64,000 bases of DNA from Callorhinchus milii (Eukaryota), in NCBI RefSeq assembly GCF_018977255.1, contig NW_024704743.1, positions 58,406,001-58,470,000 of the forward strand, read 5' to 3'. The position numbers and the translations under genes were made by a program. This document shows positions 38,900 to 52,789 of the stretch, piece after piece. Below the pieces are notes generated by a model that saw nothing but the letters and a program-made list of their open reading frames with translations, did no database searches and was not told the DNA's origin. Position 1 is the stretch's first letter. Each line of letters begins with the position of its first letter.

Positions 38900-39348
38900 C
38901 GAATTCAAGATCCTCATCCTCACCTACAAGGCCATTCACGGCCTCGCTCCCTCCTACCTCTCTGACCTATTATCCCCCTACTTACCTGCCCGTACCCTCC
39001 GTTCCTCTGGCTCCGGTCTGCTCCACATCCCCCGCCCTAACCGCCCTACCATCAGTGGCCGGACTTTCAGCCTCTCAGCCCCTAGGCTCTGGAACTCCAA
39101 CCCCCAGTGCCTTCGCCTTGCCTCCTCCATTTCCTCCTTCAAGGCCGGTCTCAAGACCTTTCTCTTCAACCGTGCCTTCAGCTCCCCTCTCGACTCTCTA
39201 CCCCCTCCTCGCTCCCTCCCTTTCCTCCCCTCACCTTGACTATTTCCCCCCTGCTCAGGTCCCGACCCAACTGTCCAGCGCCTTGGGACGTTTTCCCGAC
39301 GTGAAAGTCGCTCTATAAATGCAATCTTGTTATTGTTGTTGTTGTTAT
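38900..39348 (+). mobile_element. young L2 3' fragment
   Basis: Closely similar to 23028-23470 end to end. Confidence 0.93.
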
Positions 39349-40044
39349 TTCCTTGATAAAAAATACAGTTAGAATTCCTACTGACCCACAGAACTTTTCT
39401 CCAGAAATAGAATGCATCAGAACTGTGCTGCCCATGGTTACCATAGGGAATCTCTATTCGCACATCTTGGATTCCATAAATTAAGGAATCCCGCGATATA
39501 AACCCCAAATTCCTTGTAATGTGATCAATGCTATATCAGAGCCTGCAGATCATTTTCCTTGTTTTCTCCATCTGTTCAGACACTCAACAAAAGATGGTCC
39601 ATCCAATCTCACGTGCCTTTATTCTTCATTAACTTTCTGTGTATCAACACACCATGTAGTTTACCTGAATGATAATAACAGATATATTAATAAAAATAAC
39701 ACTGAGGAGGGTAACAATATAGAACAATATTAGAATTAACAATATAGAAGAGCAAATTGGATAAATACTTGAGGAGAAACTATACTGGAGGCCAGATAAG
39801 ATGAAGAGATCGTGGATGGGCATTTTGTTCGATTGACCTGATGTCCGGGGTCATCCGGCATCTGGCAAAAGTGGATTCTATTGCATGTTAAAGGGTGGGG
39901 GAGACCCGAGAATTGGGACTATAGCAGAGGAGCTTCCATGGAGGAGCTACCACTAGTTTAGGTGCAATGTGTGAAATGGGTGTCCTCTGTGCTTTAATTT
40001 CAACGATACTGAAGTCCTCTGAACTGAAGACATGAATCGCATCT

Positions 40045-40225
40045 TTCACTTTATTTTGGTTAGCCGGATGTCTAACACATACGGAAACCCATCACCATGT
40101 TTAAGAATATCCAAACCAAACTGGGAGTTCCCTGCATTTCATCATTATATAGATATTCCAGAGATATTGATTGAAATGGAAAGCACACTCTCTCCCTGGA
40201 GGGACAATCCTGCTTACCTAGAATT
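40045..40225 (+). repeat. unclassified interspersed repeat (copies 42685-42890, 57770-57995)
   Basis: Shared ACAT.[CT]GGAAAC.CATCAC and G.AATGGA....ACTCTCTCCCTG blocks. Confidence 0.75.
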
Positions 40226-40390
40226 CATGGTTTATCTTTACTTACACATGCCCATATATTGGAGTCAAACCAATCAAAGACAACCTGTCTGGCTGTAATT
40301 CCCCTTTGATAATTGTTCAATATATAAGATAAACATTACTGCATTAAATAAAGAGTTAAAGTGCAGGGAAAAAAACCTGTAATTTCAAAG

Positions 40391-40560
40391 CACGCTCACA
40401 TGTTTCCGTAATCCATCCGGCTGAACATCACAATCAACTGTAATACCCTCACTCCTACATCAGAGAGCCCCAGCTTTACAACCCTGCTAAGCAAGACAGG
40501 GCAGAAGAGTAATGAATTTAACTTTTTAATCTGCAAAAGTATGTATGATAGAAAATCAGA
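40391..40560 (+). mobile_element. decayed Harbinger transposase fragment
   Basis: MFP..INC+16 aa+SKTGQKS..FLIC; same spacing as HARBI1 DC+16 aa+NRKG.HS..VC as recalled. Confidence 0.45.
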
Positions 40561-41259
40561 AATACAGAGCAAGATAGTGGCTGTAATCCGATCTCGGGTC
40601 TCAGATAATATTTATAAACTGCTGGAGGTTCTTTCTTCCGGCTTCGACATCTTCTGAACCTTTTGATTGGATTACTGTTTCGTAATTCCTATTGAGTTAT
40701 CTATTCCTATATATTTGGTTTATTGGAATACCAGAGGATGACATTTATTTAGTTCTAAACATTTCTACAATAACAATCAAGCAAAATGTAGTTCAAAGAT
40801 GTGACCAGTATTATGCACAATGTAATTGCTTTGCACCTTTAAGCAAGGAATTTGCATATACATATATAAAAAATATATAATTTTGACTGCCCCTGTGTCA
40901 TCTTATTTTTATCTTCTGCTACTCTTTATAAATACCATTATCAATACCATTAAATGATGATACAGAAGTAGAGCTCTTCTCTTGCTCTGGGAGGTGCATT
41001 TGAGCCACTGTTGAAGAAAAAGTGGACATCAGTCACACAGAGCACATTGGATGTAGTTTTACAACATTGTAAATCAACTGAAAAATATCATCTTGGACTC
41101 ACATCACATGGTGGTCAGGATTTGATTCTTTTTTTCAATCTTATTTTTAAGAATTTTGGCATTTAATAATAATAATCCTTGCATTTGATACAGCGCCTTA
41201 TCACATAGTTGAGACATCTCAAAGCACGTCACACAATAGACTGTAAAGTAAATTGTCTG

Positions 41260-42372
41260 TTGGGTTTCTGTGCTGCCCATGGAAACAGTCCTGGTCAGGG
41301 TGACAAATGAGATTCTGTCCATCTGTGACCAGGGCTCCCTCTGTCTCCTCGTCCTCCTCAACCTCTCTGATGCCTTTGACACTGTGGACCACTCTATCCT
41401 CCCCCACGGCCTCTCCTGTCACCTTAACCTTTAAGGTTCTATCCTTGAATGGTTCACATCCTATCTCTCACACCAGCTCCACTTTGTCTCCAACCGGCTT
41501 CTCCTCCAGCCCCCGCACCGTCTTGTACCGTGTTCCTCAGGGCTCTGTACTTGGTCTTCTCCTCTTCAACCTGTACATGCTCCCTCTTGGTGACATCATC
41601 CGCAAACAAATGGGTCAATTTATAAGTACACGGATGACACCCAACTCTATTTCTCTGCCTCCACCCGCAACTCCAGGACTACTGATGTCCAGACAGACTG
41701 CCTGCCAGACATCAAGTCCTGGATGAGAGCCAACTTTCTACGGTTGTCTCTCATCCAAGACATTTGAACGTCAGCAACACTGAGGCTCACCTGATTGGCT
41801 CGCTCCAGCGCCTCCACTCCTCAGGCACTGGCAGCATCGGCATTCATGGATGCACACTCCACCTCACCAAGCCATTCAGGAACCTAGAGATTTTATTCAA
41901 CCCTCAACTGTCACTTCTCTTCCACATCCGTGCCATGACCCAGTCCGGCTTCCCCACATTTGCCCAACTCTGCCTCTGCCTCACCCCTCAGGTCTCCGAA
42001 ACCCTCATACATGCCTTTATTACATCCAGGCTCAACTATGCTAACTCCCTCATACACGCATTCATCACCTCAAGGCTCAACTATCACATCAAGGCAAAAC
42101 TTCTTCCTTGTCAGTCTCCCTCACTCTTCCCTCCACAAGCTGCAGATAATCCAGAACTCTGCAGCTCATGTCCTCTCTCGCACCAGGCTCCATGACCCCA
42201 TCACTCCCACCCTCGCCCAGCTCCACTGGCTCCCCATCCCTCAGAAGTTCGAGTTCAAAATTCTCATCCTTATCTTCAAGGCCCTGCATCGCCTTGCCCC
42301 CTCCTACCTCTCCGACCTGCTGACCCCTTATCAATCTGTCCACTCTCTCCGTTCAGCAGGCTCCAGCCTGAC
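41260..42372 (+). mobile_element. L2 RT fragment
   Basis: [28 protein letters not shown]; 45-bp tandem duplication LIHAFITSRLNY x2. Confidence 0.93.
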
Positions 42373-42374
42373 CA

Positions 42375-42570
42375 AATTTTTGTTTTTTTTATGAATGGAT
42401 TATTACCCTCAGAAAGCAATCCGACAAATGACAATTGGGTTCCGACTTACTGCTTGGTAAACAGAGTCGTGTGGAGTAAGGAAACTTGCCTGGGGTTTTG
42501 CCCTGCCCTGGAATCGAACCCAGGCCCTCACTTGTGAGGCGACTCCTATAACCAATACGCTACAGGACTC
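42375..42570 (-). mobile_element. SINE, long form, 5' part
   Basis: Antisense head and middle segment. Confidence 0.85.
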
Positions 42571-43884
42571 GCATTTATCAATGTATTATCCAAATCAAGA
42601 TCTGCTGGAAGATTTATGCTGCATACTGCTTACTTATGCTGTCTACAGACTACTTATGCTACCTCATAGATTACTCTTGACAAACTCGGTGCCTGATACA
42701 TGTGGAAACCCATCACTGCAATTTGAGAAAATGAACCTAAAACTGAACGATTGAGAATTCCACATATGCTTGTAAATTTCTGTTTGTTTGAAATGGAGTG
42801 TGTACTCTCTCCCTGGTGTAATGCACCCTGCTCACCCAATCCCAGAAAAAATTGGGTGCAGATTGTCAAGAACCAAGGCTGGGGTATCCGAAAGTTTGCA
42901 TTGGAGTCGTGCACATGTTTAAAATGGTTCAGATAGAATCAGTTCTTAAGGAGTCTGAGGCTGCTGCGGCTTGAAATTCATCCTCTTTCTTTTGTGAGGA
43001 GAAATTCCAGGTAAAGAAAACTGAGTAATTCTATTTTTGGACCAAGTCTCTGAGAACATCAGAAAAAGCGGATGTCAGAAGTCCCATTCTTTGGCTGAGA
43101 CCTTAAACCAAGATCTTGTGCATCTGGTTACACTGCCTTTAAAGATCTCATGGTCTATTGATAATGGGAAATCAGTGTTTACCAATAGCCCTCCAGATAA
43201 ATTGGCCATTCACCTTATGGCTGTTTGTGGGATCTTGTTATATGCAAAGTGGGTTCAATGTAATACATACACAAGAAATATATAGTCACTTGGCTTATAA
43301 TATTGTAATGATAATCTTAACATTTGAGAGGAAAGTGCTTCATAGGATTGAATGCATATTTTGTAGGTGAGCACGGCAGTCTATTTGCATATGCAATGTC
43401 CTTCAAACAGCTAATAGTGAACAATCGATTTTATGTAGTGGGATTGTTGGCCAAGCCACTTGGAGAAACTCTTTTCAAATAGTGCCATGGGATTTTTACT
43501 ATCCACCAGAGTCCACGGTTTAACATCTTACTTAAACGATGGAACCTCTGACGAGACGCCTCCTGTAATATTACTTCCATCACCATCCTAACACATGCCA
43601 CCGTGAATCAACTGAAAACCACAAGATTCTTGTGTGTGGATTACTATATGGCTACAGCACATTGCAATTTAGCATTTATGCTTCCTGAAAGTGATCGACA
43701 AAAAAGATTTGATTTACGCAGAAAATTAAACTAAATGGGGTTTTCTGTAATGGGTTCTTGCAGCAAAAATGGATGAATAGAACTGTAAATCTGATTATTG
43801 TAACTTAATGTTTAGCGTTGGACAGATTTTATCGACTTAATCCGCACAGTCCATTTAATACATTCTACTTAAGATAATGAGTTA

Positions 43885-43995
43885 GATTGAAGAATTCCAC
43901 TCTCACTCAGAGTTGAGTAAAAAAATACTGTTAAATATGTTGTTAACTACAGTCTTCTTTTACTCAACTCCGAGTGAGAGTGGAATTCTTTAATA
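43885..43995. repeat. 111-bp hairpin, MITE-like
   Basis: AAGAATTCCACTCTCACTCAGAGTTGAGTAAAA pairs with TTTTACTCAACTCCGAGTGAGAGTGGAATTCTT; TA on both flanks. Confidence 0.9.
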
Positions 43996-44344
43996 TATTG
44001 TTAAGCATTTCGAGACACCATCTAGCATGAAGGGCGATATATAAATGCAAGTTGTTGTTATGTGTTGTCTTTTGATTTTGCAGCACTGTCACTTACACTA
44101 AGAACAACGGATAACTGCTGAGTTGCTTTTGATGATGTAATATTTCACATCCAACACAAAATATACTTTCAAGGGCTTAATATTTATGTGAAAAAAATTG
44201 TTTATTCGACAAAGTTCTATCAGTAACAGTTTTTTGTCATTTCGGAAGATCCATATTATTATATAGCTATCTAACAAATAATAATCCTCACTTTTAAATA
44301 TAGCACCCTTCATGTTGGGCAAACATCTCAAAATGCTTCACAGG

Positions 44345-45370
44345 ATTTGATACATCCCAGAATCCCTCCACCTCACCTCAACCCTCCCTTGGCTCCTTCA
44401 AAACCTGTCTGAAAATCTTCCTCTTTGACCGTACCTTTGCACCCCCACCCCCTCTACCGTTCACCCCTCTTGATTCCAACCCTCAAACCCTTAACTGTCC
44501 ACCTTGGGACATCTTTCTGACGTGAACGTCATTATGTAAATATAATTTCTTGTTTTTGTAAGGATTATTATTATTATTATCATCGTTATTATCCAGAAGG
44601 AAACTTGCCTTCCCTGCCAATATTTCTTCTATCTTCTTGAAAGCATTTAAAGGAATTTCGCTCATTGTCCATTAGTCGGACTCTGATAATTTGGGATTAA
44701 CAAATTATGGATTTCTCAAACAGGATGTCGCAATCCAGAAATTAATACAAGAGATTATAAGACCATAAAACCATCAGACGTAGGAGCAGGTGTAGGCCAT
44801 TCGGCCCCTCAAGCCTACCTTGCCATTTAATAAAATCATGGCTGATCTTCTAACTTAATTCCATTTACCTGCCCTATCCCCGTATCCCTTAATCCCTCTA
44901 TCCTTTAGAAAGAGGATTCAGGTTGCAAAGATCACACATTAGATCCGATAATCTTTTATAATACAATACAATTTACATTTAAATGACACCTTTCAAGTCG
45001 GGAGGACAACAACAACAACAACAACTTGGATTTATAGAGGGCCCTCCACGCTGGACGACATCTCAGAGCACTTCACAGTAACAGATCCCAGGGCCGAGCC
45101 AGGGGGAGGGGGAGGAAGGTGACCAAAGGCGCAGTCGAAAAGAAAGGTCTTCAGTAGGGACCTGAAAATAGGAAGAGAGGACATTCAAAGCGTATTCACA
45201 AACCCCACCTTACTGTCCAGCACCTTAGGACATCCTTCTGACATGAAAGGTGCTATATATAAATGTAATTTGTTGTTATAAGAACACAAAGTGCTGAAAG
45301 ATGTTCCAGTACCCTGGGATGTATTTCCGATGTGAAGGGCGCTATACAAGTGTAATTTGTTATTGTTTGA
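44345..45370. mobile_element. cluster of short L2 and CR1 3' ends
   Basis: L2 tails 44350-44560 (+), 45005-45180 (-), 45210-45365 (+); CR1 3' UTR 44755-44910 (-). Confidence 0.75.
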
Positions 45371-45779
45371 TGGACAGAATCTTTCCTCAGTTTTGGGTGA
45401 AACCAATTACATAAGGTTTCTCTTGTGCCTCTCACTGACATAATTAATTTAGCCCACTATCAAATCCCCTATAAATCCTAGGGGCATAGGATAAGACAGT
45501 ACATGATGGGCAGAGATACACAAAGGAGATCATTCATTTTGTTTCACACTCGTGTCAAATCCCATTTCTATCAGGTAAGGAACATGCTTTAATTTTTGAT
45601 TTGTATTGTGACTATCCTGTCAGGATTGTGTGAACTGTGCCTTTTTGCTGGTTGAAGTCAGCAGCGATTGGACTAACAAATTATTTTACATTCAGTGAGA
45701 CCTACGCACAGATTTTATGGCCTCTTTTGCACTCCTTATCACACAAAATCTCAATCTACTACCTCTGCCATTGTCCTTT

Positions 45780-45965
45780 GGAGTCTGTGGAGCATTTTGT
45801 TCTAATGAGCAATGAAATGAGCCTGTACATCATTAGCATGTAGTTTGTCTTGTTAAATGTGTTAATTGCTTGAGGGATGTGACTGACCAGACTATGCCAT
45901 GCATTTTGTTGTATCTTTGCTTCATGGCTTTCATTCACATTAACCCTTGCAGCACTTGACGGCAT
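45780..45965 (-). mobile_element. possible Harbinger transposase fragment
   Basis: PSSAARVNVNESHEAKIQQN (P.T.AE.RYNESH..IEQT); YRLISLLI. Confidence 0.4.
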
Positions 45966-46394
45966 ATGTACAACAACAGCAACTTGCATTTATAGAGCAC
46001 CCTCCATGCAGGGTAGCATCTCAGTGTGCTTAACAACAGCAAGATTAGATTTGTATAGCGCCTTTCACGTCAGGAGGATGTCCCAAGCCACATAAATATA
46101 TACGGAACACAATTTTAAGTGCAAAATAATAATAATAATAATAATAACAATTTAAAATCAGGAACAGAAAGGGGAAATACCACAGATGAAAATCTTGACA
46201 AATGCTTTTCAACTGCATTACGCTGAATGATAATTGCAAAAGAATTGAAGATTCAAAGAAAATCAATAAACTATGAAGAGCCGAATGCATGGTAATATAT
46301 CAATTTATTCTATCTTCCTTAACTCAAACACATCAGATCAACAAATTCTGGTGATTGCTTTTGGAGCTCAAGAAAAGTTTAACCTATTACATAC

Positions 46395-47030
46395 TACGCC
46401 TGATAATAACCCCTCAAGAAAAAAAACTATAATAATTTGGTCACTCAATCCACAACTGTTTGTGGGACATTGCTGTGGACAATTTGCTGCCATGTTTCGC
46501 CCACAAAATATAGTCAATTCACTTTACAGTATATTCTGTGAAGTGATTTGAGACGTCCAGAAGACATGAAAAGCGCTATATCAAATGCAAGGATTACTAT
46601 TATCGTTATTACTAATAATCTTGCATTTGGTGTAGCGCCTTACCACATCTGAATATCTCAATGTGCTTCACTGGATTGCCTGTAAAGTGTGGTGACCGTG
46701 TATTTGTAGGCAAATGCAAGCAGCTAATTTGCATACAGCAATATCCCACAAACACCCATGAAGTAAATAATCAATTTTATCTGTGGAATTGTTGGCCAGG
46801 GAACCAAGAGAGGCTCCCCACTCTTTTCAAATAGTGCTAGGGGATCTTTAACGTCCATCTGAGCAAGTTGACAGCAGCCTCGGTTTAACACCTCATGTGA
46901 AACACAACACCTCCGACAATGCAGCACTGCACAGGATTCTAGGCCTAAAACTCAAGTCCAAGTGAGGTTTTAACCCATAATCTTCTCAGCAACTCAGAGA
47001 AGAGAGTGTTATCTGTTGAAGCTAAGCACT
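46395..47030. mobile_element. 5'-truncated young SINE (+, 46395-46610) tail-to-tail with a near full-length Deu-SINE (-, 46612-47030)
   Basis: Antisense TGTCGGAGGTGTTGTGTTTCACATGAGGTGTTAAACCGAGG Deu core. Confidence 0.85.
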
Positions 47031-47074
47031 GAGTTCTGGGAAGAACTTATGGTAGACGCTTCCCTGGACTGATT

Positions 47075-47351
47075 TTCTTGATTTCAAACCAGAATTGTGG
47101 AAAACTCTTCAATTCAGCCTCAATCTGAAAGCTGGTTTTGCACAGTATTTATAAAGTAACAACTTCAGATTGAAACAAATTTAAGAATTTTCCACAATTC
47201 TGCATGATTTTAAATTTTAAAACAAAATAAAAATAATAATTCTTACATTTGTATAGCACCTTTTACATTTTAAAGTACTTCACAGGATGTACACTGAAGT
47301 GCAGGGACTTGAAATTATGTTGCAGGCTAAGACTAGGTGAAATTTTGGGCC
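47075..47351. mobile_element. palindromic MITE copy with an inserted SINE tail
   Basis: CAGAATTGTGGAAAA..TTTTCCACAATTCTG; right end GGCTAAGACTAGGTGAAATTTTGGGCC. Confidence 0.75.
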
Positions 47352-47659
47352 TCGTATGTGGGAAATGTTTGAGAATGAACCTGATTTGGATTGGGGGGAA
47401 GGGGTTAAATCATCGAAAGTCCAAAGCCAATGTCTGAGTTTGAATACTTTTATCATTTGAGGTAATTATATTGGAAAAACACAACAATAGCTTTTCCTAG
47501 GGGAGGGTGGAACATATATTTGCAAAGTTGAATGCATAAAGCCCTACAGGATTACTGTGGAGCTGGTTATAAAAATCCCAGTGCAACCTCATTGCTCCCA
47601 TAGTGTCTCATAACAATTCTTTAGCATGATCGTGAAACCCTTGTAGCTTTGCTGTATGA

Positions 47660-48015
47660 TTGTTTTTCTCTCTCCTCTCTGGGGAGTTACTGAGGACAGC
47701 ACTTGTAAGTCAGTATGAAAATAAATTGCATTCATTATGTATTAAAATGTTAATAAATCATACACCCTTAATTACTGGCTGCAAATTAATAAATGATTAC
47801 CCTTTCATTTGCATCAAAATGTGCGCACCACTTATTCCTTCTGTGTTTTCACAATAAGTTGAATTTAGTGTATGATTAAACTGACATGGGGAACTCAATG
47901 AAAGCATCTTTGGAAGCTGTATGACTGCACTGTAGTGGCTGCCCACGCCCAGGAGCTGGAGCATAGCGCTGGCCTTTCTAGACTCAGCCAGCAGTTACAG
48001 TTTGTTGAGGAAGTG
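47660..48015 (+). mobile_element. decayed Harbinger transposase fragment
   Basis: YENKLHSLCIKMLINHTPLIT (NRKG.HSLNVQMVCDH..IT); LIPSVF; DMGNSM; MTAL. Confidence 0.45.
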
Positions 48016-48734
48016 TAGGTTCCAGAAGCTTTCCTGGAACATAGGAATAGGAGTAAGCCATTCAACCCCTCAAGCCTGTTCAGCCATTCTATTAGATCAT
48101 GGCAGATCTGAACCTCAACTCCAATAACCTGACTTTGCCCTCTATCCCTCGATACCCTAATCTAACAAAAATCTCTGCACCTCAGTCTTGAAAATTTCAA
48201 TAGATCCATAAATCCAGCATCCACAGCCTTTTGGAGGAGAGAGGGTACTGATAGATTACATTCAACACTCAAATGTGGCTTAAAGGTGTTTCCACCTTCA
48301 AGCTACTGTGTCAGAACACATTGAGGGTTGTTAGTTTATAGAATGCCACAACAATAACAACTTGCATTTATATAGCACTCTTCATGCAGGGTAGCGTTCC
48401 AAAGCACTGGAAATGAGTGTTTGGAATGCCATGGACCTTTTCACTCAACAACTATTGCTTATTCCGGGATTTAAAGATCTCACATAGGGTAGCTAGGACC
48501 AGTACAGGCACAATGGGTTAAATAGCCTCCTACTGACCTACAGTTCCATAAGGTTTCCCTGATTTTAACCTCATACACAGATGTTCACGGCTGTGATCAG
48601 GGAAAATATTACCCACTCCAAAATACTGCAACTGTGATCAGTAATGTGCAATGCTACACCCTGAAAAAGTAGAATCCAATTCCTAATGCAAATGTAAACT
48701 ATGCGAGTTCCAATGTCTGTTACACAAGTATAAG

Positions 48735-49000
48735 ATAGTGACCATAGGATCTACAAGAGAATTTAAGAGGAACCACTTTAAGCAAAGGATAGTGAGAATG
48801 TGAAACCCACTGCCCAAAGCAGTGGTTGAACCAGACAGTATAGATTAATTAAAGAGGAAACTAGATATACGCATTAAAGAGAATGAAATAGGAGGGTATG
48901 GGAGAGAGTAAGGAGTGCATGGACACTCATGTGTCATACAAACTCTTGCCTGGACTAGTTGGGCTGAATGGCCTGTTTCCATGCTGCGCAATCTATGCAA
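48735..49000 (+). mobile_element. CR1 3' fragment (another at 48038-48240, minus)
   Basis: GATAGTGAGAATGTGAAACCCACTGCC; TTGGGCTGAATGGCCTGTTTCCATGCTG. Confidence 0.8.
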
Positions 49001-49212
49001 ATTGATGTAAATGAAAGCATTTTTCAAGATTTTTCCAAAAAAAATTAGGTTTATCTGACTGCTTTAGATTCCAAGCCAAAACCAACTGAATTGCCAAAAG
49101 CTCAGGTGTATTTGGTTTAAGCAAAAAACTATTGCCTCTATTCACCACTCCAAAAAAAATGAGTTTGAAGTTTAGTACAATTCATCTCTGTGATGTATAT
49201 TTTTTCAAACCC

Positions 49213-49500
49213 TGCCATCTGTCTGTTTGCCTCTTTTACAGAAGGGAAGAACATGCCCAAGTAATAAGCCAAAGGCAATAAATTGCAGTCGAGTGTGATG
49301 ACCTCTCCCAGGGGCACATATTACAAGGCTGATGGCATTTCAACAGGTTGGTAATTCAGGACAGGCACTTTCACAGGAAAGTTTTCAGTAAAGTTGCTGA
49401 CTCAGATCCTTCTCTTACTATTGATCTTTTGACCACTGTGGGTGTTTTTCAAGAATTTGAAGTGTAGCCATCAACTAGACTGATGCCTATTGTATGATGT
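49213..49500 (+). mobile_element. decayed Harbinger transposase fragment
   Basis: LFYRR; RQ*IAVE..LQG; FHRKVF (NRKGF); FDHCGCF..DAY (CDH.G.F..HDA). Confidence 0.5.
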
Positions 49501-50479
49501 CAGGTCAGTATTGAGGTACTTCTTACCTTGTGTTATAAAGCAGGTTGCAGGAGCAACAACCTTTTCAAAGCTAAATTGAAAATTTTGTTAAGATTGATTT
49601 CATCTTGATTTACTCAGAGACAACTATTTTTCAACTCTGTGATATTCTGAAAATCCAGACTCTCAAACCAGTCATAACACAACAGCAGCACCAAATTTGA
49701 TAATGGTTTCTAAATGCGGAAATTTGTATTCCTTAATTTTTTTAATGTAACAATTGGAAGGGATTGCTGGGAAAGGTGATTGAACCCACAATACTGGGCT
49801 CATTCAAGAAGTGGGTTGATGCTATCATGAGAATGGTAGGATGGAAGGATGAAACTAAATGGACCAAAGAGCAGCAGTGCCCTCTTACAAACATTGGGGT
49901 TCACAAGCCTTGGCTCTTACCAAACTCTTACCAAACTGGATCAGTAATATAGTACAGCAAAATAATGTAATGCAGAGGATTTGATGCACGTATTCCAACT
50001 GGATTGTGAGAGAAACTGTTCAGAATTACCTCAGGTTACCTCCATGTACATCAATTTGGCTTTTTAACTGGCACCCCTGATATTTCAACCTTTTACCTCA
50101 GTCTCATCTCATTTGATCTAATAATCCAATTCATTATCTCAGTTTGCATTATTAAACAGAATTCCAAGACATGGATTTTTTTTTATCTGATGTACTAAAT
50201 GGGCTATATATTTATTTCACAGACAGATCAAATCTTGCCCTGGATCCGTTATTACAAGAATCCCAAGTCTCCATCAGTTTAAACAGTCTGCGCGAGAAAG
50301 ACTATTTCCATCTGATCAAATTATTTTGCATCTTGGTATCTATTCTTTCTCTTTGGGTGATTGATGGTAGAATTTAGGATAAACTAATAGAATGGGAGAC
50401 TCGTGCTGCACACGGTCTCAACAGATTGTGGAGACCTGTCATCAGTCTTACTTTCTAATACTCGGGTAAAGGATCAATG

Positions 50480-50700
50480 TGCCTGAAATTCCATCTAGAC
50501 TTGCACCATTTTGTGTTAAGATTTAAGATTGCACAGAATTGTGACAAATTCTTAAATTCAGCTTCAATTTGCGAGTTGGTTTTCCACAGTTCTTAAAAAG
50601 AACATAGTTCCAAATAATAACTGAATGTAAGAAATTTCCACAAATCTGTCCTATTTTACATTTTTAGGCAAAATAATCTTACAGGCTAAGGTTGAGCCTA
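50480..50700. mobile_element. palindromic MITE copy
   Basis: GCCTGAAATTCCATCTAG left end, AATCTTACAGGCTAAG right end, self-complementary core. Confidence 0.75.
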
Positions 50701-51357
50701 ATGTGTTACAAGTATCCTCAACAAAGAAAAGTCCTGTCTTTTATTATCATTGGCTGGGGACAATTTTTTAAAAAAAACTACAAAACGGTGAAAAACAGCA
50801 CTTAGTTCACTGCATCAACAAATGCAAAACATGAAGCAAAATAATCCCATGACTGCACACTGCAAATGTCTGTGAAAAACAACTGAATGTAAGTAGACAG
50901 TGTCATAGCAGAATTCCTGCATTCTCTGGTAATATAATTCTGGTTACCGGAAGAAAATTTCATTTATTATTGAGACCTTAATAAGAAATTCAATTTGAAA
51001 GCACTGTGACTGAGACCCCCAATATTTTATTATGAAATCATTTCTGATCAAGTTTTATCCAAGTTTCATTCTAAGACTTGTTTTAATTCTGAAGCTCCAT
51101 CGTATTTGTGCTCCTGTATTTATTTCTAGCTCTATGTTATTTATTTGCTCTGTCCATATATTGGTTGATAACACATGTTGCAGTGTCACCTATTAGAGAA
51201 TGATTGCATTCTCTATTAGAATCTGTGACAATTGATTAATTATGAAGGAATGGACATCTGATAAAAGGGTAAAACTTGAAAAGGCAAGTGTTACCCAACA
51301 AAGGATACAGTTAATGGTTTTGCTAAGATCTTGCCCCTTCTTACCTCTGCAAGATAG

Positions 51358-51470
51358 CTGGAGTTTGACTACGGCTTAGAGGGTCTAAGCCCTCTAAAAT
51401 TTGTGGAACATGCAGACTCCGATAGAACCTGGCCCGAATACCAGAGGAACATGGGGGCAGGGACACACAT
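51358..51470 (+). mobile_element. possible Myb/SANT-like ORF2 fossil
   Basis: VEHADSDRTWPEYQRNM vs V.A.S..RTW.QC.KKMNDL; CpG-retaining region. Confidence 0.3.
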
Positions 51471-52789
51471 ACCCCAACTGGACAGTTTTAGATCCGCATT
51501 GCGCTGCCATTGCTTGGTGTCCATCTTTTTCAGTGCTCCTATTGAACAATTTTCGCTCTCCCCATGCTCTTATTGGACCGGCCGCTTGTTTTCCAGTCAT
51601 TCTCTTGCCATTGGTCACCTAATCACTTGTGCGAGAGTTTTAAATTACAAGACGGTAAAAAGAATGAGTTAAAGACCATATTTCTCTTCACTAGATTTCA
51701 GCATTTATTTTCAGAAAATAATAAGCAAACATTATATGTACCTTGGTTTACATTTAGGTTGTTTTGTAGCATCAAAAGCTAGTAAAAAGGGCTGAAAAAC
51801 TAAAATAAAAAATGGCTACAAAAGGCTAAAAATCCATGAGGAGCCCACAATCTTCTGACTCAGAGGCAAGAGTGCTACCAAATGAGCTAGTTCTATTTTA
51901 TAAGAGTTCTTAATATAAAAAATTTGCCAGACTGGTTTTCCAATTGTAACACCAACAGTATGCACAACAATGTGATTATGTAGCACCCTTCACTTGGGGT
52001 AGCATCTCGGAGTGCTGAACTGCTGGATAGACAACCACTGGAAAAAAAGTTACAATGCTTGAGGAATGATTGGTGGTAAGTTCTGAAAGGGAGCTTTAAA
52101 TAAGAATTTGGCGTATGGCTCATAGGGTGACGTGAGAATCTTAAATTCAATCATATTAAACACTACAGACAATTGCTTTCCAAATTAAGTCTGAATTTAA
52201 GAATTTTCCAAAATTCAGCATGATTTTAGTACATGAACTTAATTCTAAGGTATGAACATGAAAAAATCCTGGCCTCTTATTGATGCATTATCATGATTGG
52301 GAGTAGGGGATTGGAGTGAAAGAAGAGATGGAACAATTTCCAACAATGGGGCACTGATACTTATGCAGTTCTTTCTTTATTACAAATAGAAATAATGAAT
52401 TACATAATCCTGAAGACTGATTGACACTAAGCTTGAGAAGTGCTATGGACGAGAATCACTGTATTGATGAGACCTCATCACCTTTCCATGAACTTTTCTG
52501 AAAGAGAAAGACTTTCTCTTGAACAATAGACATGACAAGAGGCTGGAATTGATTTGTTGGTCTGAAAGCCCTCTTGTCATGGGCATCATCACTTGATGCA
52601 GTTTCAAGAGAATGAGCAGCAGTGCAAAGCTGCTCTGTAGAAGCAGCCAGAACAGCTGATGCTTCTTTTAAATTATAAGGCTGACAGATAAGTAGAAAGG
52701 ATCAGCAAGGTTTATTACTTTCTACTCGATGTGCAGCAGATCTCGTGAATCTCCTGCTTTTGAGTCGAATACCCAGCAAACTCTTAATG

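Noticed and set aside
42662..42736. Minus-strand exon candidate with AG/GT ends
   Set aside because: It overlaps the three-copy interspersed repeat.
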